From positions 64,001-128,000 of the forward strand of contig JBHLLP010000003.1 of the NCBI GenBank assembly GCA_048885525.1: 64,000 nucleotides of DNA. Reading direction: 5' to 3'. A program made the translations under genes and the position numbers. Below the pieces are notes generated by a model that searched no databases, was not told the DNA's origin, and worked only from the letters and a program-made list of their open reading frames with translations. Every line of letters starts with the position of its first letter. Position 1 is the stretch's first letter. Origin of the DNA: Candidatus Hermodarchaeota archaeon. GTDB lineage: Archaea; Asgardarchaeota; Lokiarchaeia; Sigyniarchaeales; SOKP01. This document shows, piece by piece, positions 60,050-64,000 of the stretch.

Positions 60050-60912
60050 TTTTTATAAATTTTTTTTAAATTATAAAAAATTTTGCTAATTTTAATAAAC
60101 TCTTCAATATTAAAGTTAAAAACTTTCTTATTCTCTAAATTATTTTTGATTAAAATCATAAGAATTTCATCTTTTGTATACTGATTATCTTTTTGAGTGT
60201 TAAGAAAAAGACTGATAGCATTTGCAATGTTCTTATTCTTATATGGCATTATTCCTGCAATGAATTTTAGAAAAAAAGTTTTACAATCCATATTTAAGAG
60301 GAAAGGATTTATATTCTCCTTAGGTTCTATTTTCATTAGAGATAACGTGATATTTGGCATAGGGTAAAAACTATTTTTTGATATATCTGTTTTTAAAATA
60401 GGTTTCATAAATGCGTTGACACTAATACTGATCCGTGAGTAATTTTTATAAGTTTCATAGAGAAAAATTCTATTAGCAATAGTACTTTCAATTATTAATG
60501 TTCCTTTTGGCGGTTTTATTTTAAAAAATATTTTTTCTAATAATGGTCCGGTAATTGAATAAGGTATATTCGAAATGACTTTATTGTAAGTAGGTATTTC
60601 AATTTCAAGGATATCTCCATTTATAATTTCAATATTATTATAATTAGAGAATTTATCTTTTAGGTATAAACAAAGACGACGATCTATTTCAATTCCATAG
60701 ATTTTTTTACCATTTTTTGCTAGTTCTTCTGTTAATGCTCCTAATCCGGGTCCAATTTCTAAAATTACATCGTTTTGAGACACATCAGAAACTCGAATTA
60801 TTTTCTTTATAACATTTTTATCAATTAAGAAATTTTGACCAAACTTTTTATTTGGCTTTACCTCTAGTTGCTTCAAAATGAGTTGTACATCTCTTTTATT
60901 CATGAAACTCAT
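60046..60912 (-). CDS. ksgA: 16S rRNA adenine dimethyltransferase KsgA/Dim1
   Basis: GQNFLID, LEIGPGLGALT, SNIPYSIT. Confidence 0.94.
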   Translation of the reverse strand: MSFMNKRDVQLILKQLEVKPNKKFGQNFLIDKNVIKKIIRVSDVSQNDVILEIGPGLGALTEELAKNGKKIYGIEIDRRLCLYLKDKFSNYNNIEIINGDILEIEIPTYNKVISNIPYSITGPLLEKIFFKIKPPKGTLIIESTIANRIFLYETYKNYSRISISVNAFMKPILKTDISKNSFYPMPNITLSLMKIEPKENINPFLLNMDCKTFFLKFIAGIMPYKNKNIANAISLFLNTQKDNQYTKDEILMILIKNNLENKKVFNFNIEEFIKISKIFYNLKKIYKK

Positions 60913-61553
60913 TCATACTTTTGAGTTTTGCTAAAAAGGTAGTATTTTACATCTCTTTGAAGTTCTTTAATAATTCTCTGGGCGATTAATTTAGGAGGGT
61001 TAGAGATACTAGTTCTATCAGCAATATCTTGAAAAGTTCCGAACTTTTGTCTCTCTCTAGCCTCAAGAATTTCCCACATATGTTTTTGTCCTATACCTGG
61101 TAATAATTTTAGCGCATGCATTCTTGGTGTGATTGAGGTAGAATTATTAAAGAAATTTACGAATTCTGTTTCATATTTCAATACTTCCTTTTCGAGAATT
61201 GGCTGAATTAGAGCTTTGGATGTGCTAGTTAAATCGTTATAATCAATTTTTTTTAAAACATCTTTTAATTTATCCTCTAATAAGAATACTTCATATGTCT
61301 TTTGTTCTTGGACTACTATATTAGAGTTTTTATTCACTTTGACTTCATAGAGAACAAAATCTGGAAAAGTAAGAACTTGCGCTATTGGAGTTTTAGCCCA
61401 ACTAGGTTTATCCTCTTCGGGGTGCCCATGTATTAATAAATCTAGGATTACAACTTCCCGAAATTTCTTTATAAATTGCTTTTTCTTCTTCGGTCCATTT
61501 CGAAAACTTCTTCTGCGTGGAGGACCTCTGTATCGCTCTCTTCTTTCCATCAT
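60909..61553 (-). CDS. DUF655 family protein (HhH, putative RNA-binding)
   Basis: ILDLLIHG, FVNFFN, PRMHALKLLPGIGQKHM; between rpoF and ksgA. Confidence 0.88.
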   Translation of the reverse strand: MMERRERYRGPPRRRSFRNGPKKKKQFIKKFREVVILDLLIHGHPEEDKPSWAKTPIAQVLTFPDFVLYEVKVNKNSNIVVQEQKTYEVFLLEDKLKDVLKKIDYNDLTSTSKALIQPILEKEVLKYETEFVNFFNNSTSITPRMHALKLLPGIGQKHMWEILEARERQKFGTFQDIADRTSISNPPKLIAQRIIKELQRDVKYYLFSKTQKYE

Positions 61554-61719
61554 TACTATTTATTTTTTTTTTTACTTTTCCGATTACCATTTCAAAATTT
61601 TAATTTTAATGAACTACATAATTCGATGGGATTGTTCATTAGAAATATAGAGATTGAGACTTATAAATTCTTCGAATTTTAAAATCAAGAGTCTAAATTT
61701 TATAATTGGGAGAGCAAAT

Positions 61720-62085
61720 TTAAGATGTTTTTATATCCTCTATTTGATATAATAGCTCTTGTAATTGTTCATCTGTTAAAGTTTTCCCAGTAAAACTTTT
61801 TTCTAGGATTATTCGTAATTCCACAACTGATTGCGGATCGATGTTAATAATATTTATCGCGTAAATTTCCTCAATATCGTATTTATCCATTAATAATTTC
61901 TTTACTTTACTCGCTGTTTTTACGTCATATTTTGCAAATTTATTTACGTAATTATATGTTATTTCTTGGAAATGAGACATTCCTTCATCACTATCAATCT
62001 CTAAAAGCTTTTCCTTCACGTTTTCCATTAATTCTTTTACTTCAGGTATAGAGACAGTTTTTTCATCTATTTTTCTTCCTGACAT
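61720..62085 (-). CDS. rpoF: RNA polymerase subunit Rpo4 (F)
   Basis: VSIPEVKE, YVNKFAK, INIDP....ELR.IL; synteny. Confidence 0.88.
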   Translation of the reverse strand: MSGRKIDEKTVSIPEVKELMENVKEKLLEIDSDEGMSHFQEITYNYVNKFAKYDVKTASKVKKLLMDKYDIEEIYAINIINIDPQSVVELRIILEKSFTGKTLTDEQLQELLYQIEDIKTS

Positions 62086-62104
62086 AATTATTCATATATA
62101 AACT

Positions 62105-62416
62105 TTAGTTGGCATTAAATGAAATTGGATTTAACCTTAAATGTTCTTTTCCAATAATTAAAGTCTTTTTAGAATTACCTAATTTTACTTCGACTAAATA
62201 ACAGCGACCTCTTTGACCTATTATTGTTCCAGTACGTCCATGATATCTAGAATGAGGCATTCCCCGTTTATGTTGGGAAGGATCTGTAATTATATCTACT
62301 TTATCATCTAGATTATAATCTATCAAATATTTTTCAACAGAACCCAATCCTCTTTTCCGGACATTTTTTCTGTGTTTATGCCGAGTTTTAGTTCTAAAAC
62401 CACGATGCTTGGTCAT
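62105..62416 (-). CDS. rpl21e: Ribosomal protein L21e
   Basis: GFRTKTR, GMPHSRYHGRTG, EHLR. Confidence 0.96.
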   Translation of the reverse strand: MTKHRGFRTKTRHKHRKNVRKRGLGSVEKYLIDYNLDDKVDIITDPSQHKRGMPHSRYHGRTGTIIGQRGRCYLVEVKLGNSKKTLIIGKEHLRLNPISFNAN

Positions 62417-62535
62417 GAGGTTTTTTCACCTTAAAAATTAATCTAATGAAAATAATTCTATTGATTTAGTAGAATTATTTATGATAACTTATTTATTTTT
62501 TGATTTTAACCTAAGAAAAACAAATGATTTCATTA

Positions 62536-63900
62536 TTAAAGGGAAATTTCAAGCACATTCAATTCTTTACATACTAATTTGTTTTCAAAAATCTCTGAAA
62601 AAGAAGGAGCTGTCCGACCTTCATCTCCACTAATAAGTTCTTTTATATATGTTCCCCCTTGAGTTTCTATAATAAATTCGAAGATATTTGGTTTAATATA
62701 TTTGCCATCTATGCTGTAAATTATTTTTTTTCTAATTTTATCAGCACGTCGATGAGATACTCGATAGGGGGTTCTCTGATGAATTTCTTGATTTTCTAAA
62801 GATTTCTTCAATTCTACTACTTTTTGGTTAAATTGTTCTTTATCAATTTTATTTTTAGCTGTTACAAGAGCCTTATAAACTTTTTTTGTATTTTTTGCTT
62901 CAGATTTTAATCTAATTATTTCCTTCTTTCTACTGTATTTCAAATTAGTAATTCTTATCTTTTTTTTATTATTTCTATTAATTTTCCTTTCTATCTTCTT
63001 TAAATCAAGATTTCTAATTTTAGGGTTTCGTAATTCAAGAATAAAAGGTCTTCCTGAGCCTAACATCTTTACATCAATGTCTTCTCTTCCAGCACCATGG
63101 AATTTTGAATCACTTGCTTTTGATTCATTAATAAACTGAGGACTTATTAAATCCTCCACACTTATTAGATATTGCTTTCCAGTATAATTGCATGATTCAC
63201 AACCTTTTCCCATACATTTCTTACAATGCCAGTGGGTTTGTGGAATTCCTCTTATCAGCTTATTATATCTCCCATAAATATAAAGCGATTGTAAAATTAA
63301 CTCAATATGAAAAGAGTCATAATCTAAAGATATTATTAATAATACTTCAGGATTACTAAATTCAGGAGGTTTATTGAGATTTTTAGAGAGCTCTTTTCCT
63401 AATACACGATTAAAATGACTTTTAAAGGATTCTGCTTCTAAAAGATGAAACTCGGTTTTAAATTTATCTTCTTGATTAATAATCAAACTATTGGGACTTG
63501 AACCTATTAAAAAGTTATTGAATTCAATTCCTTCAAGAAGTTGAATTGACTTTTTTGAATATTTTTGAATAACTGAAAAAATGTTATGGCATAAAAAGCA
63601 GATTTGATTTGAATCTTTCTTAACATAATTTAAACCTTCATTAGTTAAGACTTTTTGACTTGGAGGATAAATAGCGTTTTCAGCTAATAATCTCAAATTA
63701 ATTATTGCCTCTTTTTGAAGAATACTATCTCCAGATAAGAAATTCCTATGATTTTCCATAGTTAAAGAGAGTAACAATGAATTACCTCTATCATAGTTTG
63801 TTGTATTTGATCCTAAAAGAGAAAACATTCTACCAAGACAATGAATGCAGATATAATATTTCTGATAAATTTCTAGAACTTTGTCAAAAATCATGCTCAC
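62536..63900 (-). CDS. pus10: tRNA pseudouridine(54/55) synthase Pus10
   Basis: C.HCLGR.F, GRYNKL.RGIPQT, FHGAGREDIDV, GRPF, QGGTYIKELISGD.GRT. Confidence 0.94.
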   Translation of the reverse strand: MSMIFDKVLEIYQKYYICIHCLGRMFSLLGSNTTNYDRGNSLLLSLTMENHRNFLSGDSILQKEAIINLRLLAENAIYPPSQKVLTNEGLNYVKKDSNQICFLCHNIFSVIQKYSKKSIQLLEGIEFNNFLIGSSPNSLIINQEDKFKTEFHLLEAESFKSHFNRVLGKELSKNLNKPPEFSNPEVLLIISLDYDSFHIELILQSLYIYGRYNKLIRGIPQTHWHCKKCMGKGCESCNYTGKQYLISVEDLISPQFINESKASDSKFHGAGREDIDVKMLGSGRPFILELRNPKIRNLDLKKIERKINRNNKKKIRITNLKYSRKKEIIRLKSEAKNTKKVYKALVTAKNKIDKEQFNQKVVELKKSLENQEIHQRTPYRVSHRRADKIRKKIIYSIDGKYIKPNIFEFIIETQGGTYIKELISGDEGRTAPSFSEIFENKLVCKELNVLEISL

Positions 63901-64000
63901 TTAAAATAAGTAAATAATTACTTATTGCTTTTATCAAGAAAAGAAATTGTAGTAAAAAAATTTTAAAATTAAAATTTATTTTTCTATATAATTTTTATTT

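Noticed and set aside
1462-61682. Many short ORFs in the track nested in or antisense to real genes (e.g. 1462-1674, 9190-9516, 13355-13774, 14051-14401, 24500-24778, 37679-37987, 48684-48998, 61408-61590)
   Set aside because: They are shadows of well-supported genes, with no motifs or SD support
1-64000. tRNA, rRNA, CRISPR arrays, IS elements, inteins
   Set aside because: No cloverleaf, long GC-rich structured block, regularly spaced repeats or transposase motifs seen; RfcS, RpoA' and RpoA'' have no intein-sized insertions

Overview
AT-rich archaeal chromosome segment, most likely from an Asgard archaeon (Lokiarchaeia/Promethearchaeota-like). The assignment rests on three small GTPases with WDFGG switch motifs, a Loki-type histone (MAAFAWSP...), a secreted protein with an ISGY-TM-K sorting tail, and archaeal information-processing genes. 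Most of the window is core genome: uvrA(partial)-uvrB, aglB, truA, rfcS, eno, the csl4-rpoL cluster, tuf, a shuffled aIF2a-nop10/gins15-priS-priL-pcn/RPA14/TFS/rps27e-rpl44e cluster, pyrB, rpoA'-rpoA''-rpl30e-nusA-rps12-rps7 and pus10-rpl21e-rpoF-DUF655-ksgA-hemK. Metabolic and membrane genes are interspersed. No rRNA, tRNA, CRISPR array or transposase was recognised. Best leads: (1) an ArsR-HTH + ATP-cone + catalytically dead class III ribonucleotide-reductase barrel fusion next to pyrB, a candidate nucleotide-sensing regulator; (2) repeated signs of non-AUG/GUG/UUG initiation (ATA, ATT, CTT/GTT) behind good Shine-Dalgarno motifs, including an unannotated 46-aa ORF; (3) two ATGA-coupled micro-ORFs leading into rpoA', whose product also has an unusual C-terminal tail; (4) AglB with five extra Ig-like repeats; (5) a membrane-hairpin module shared by two neighbouring genes. 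All family assignments come from motif recognition, not database searches.
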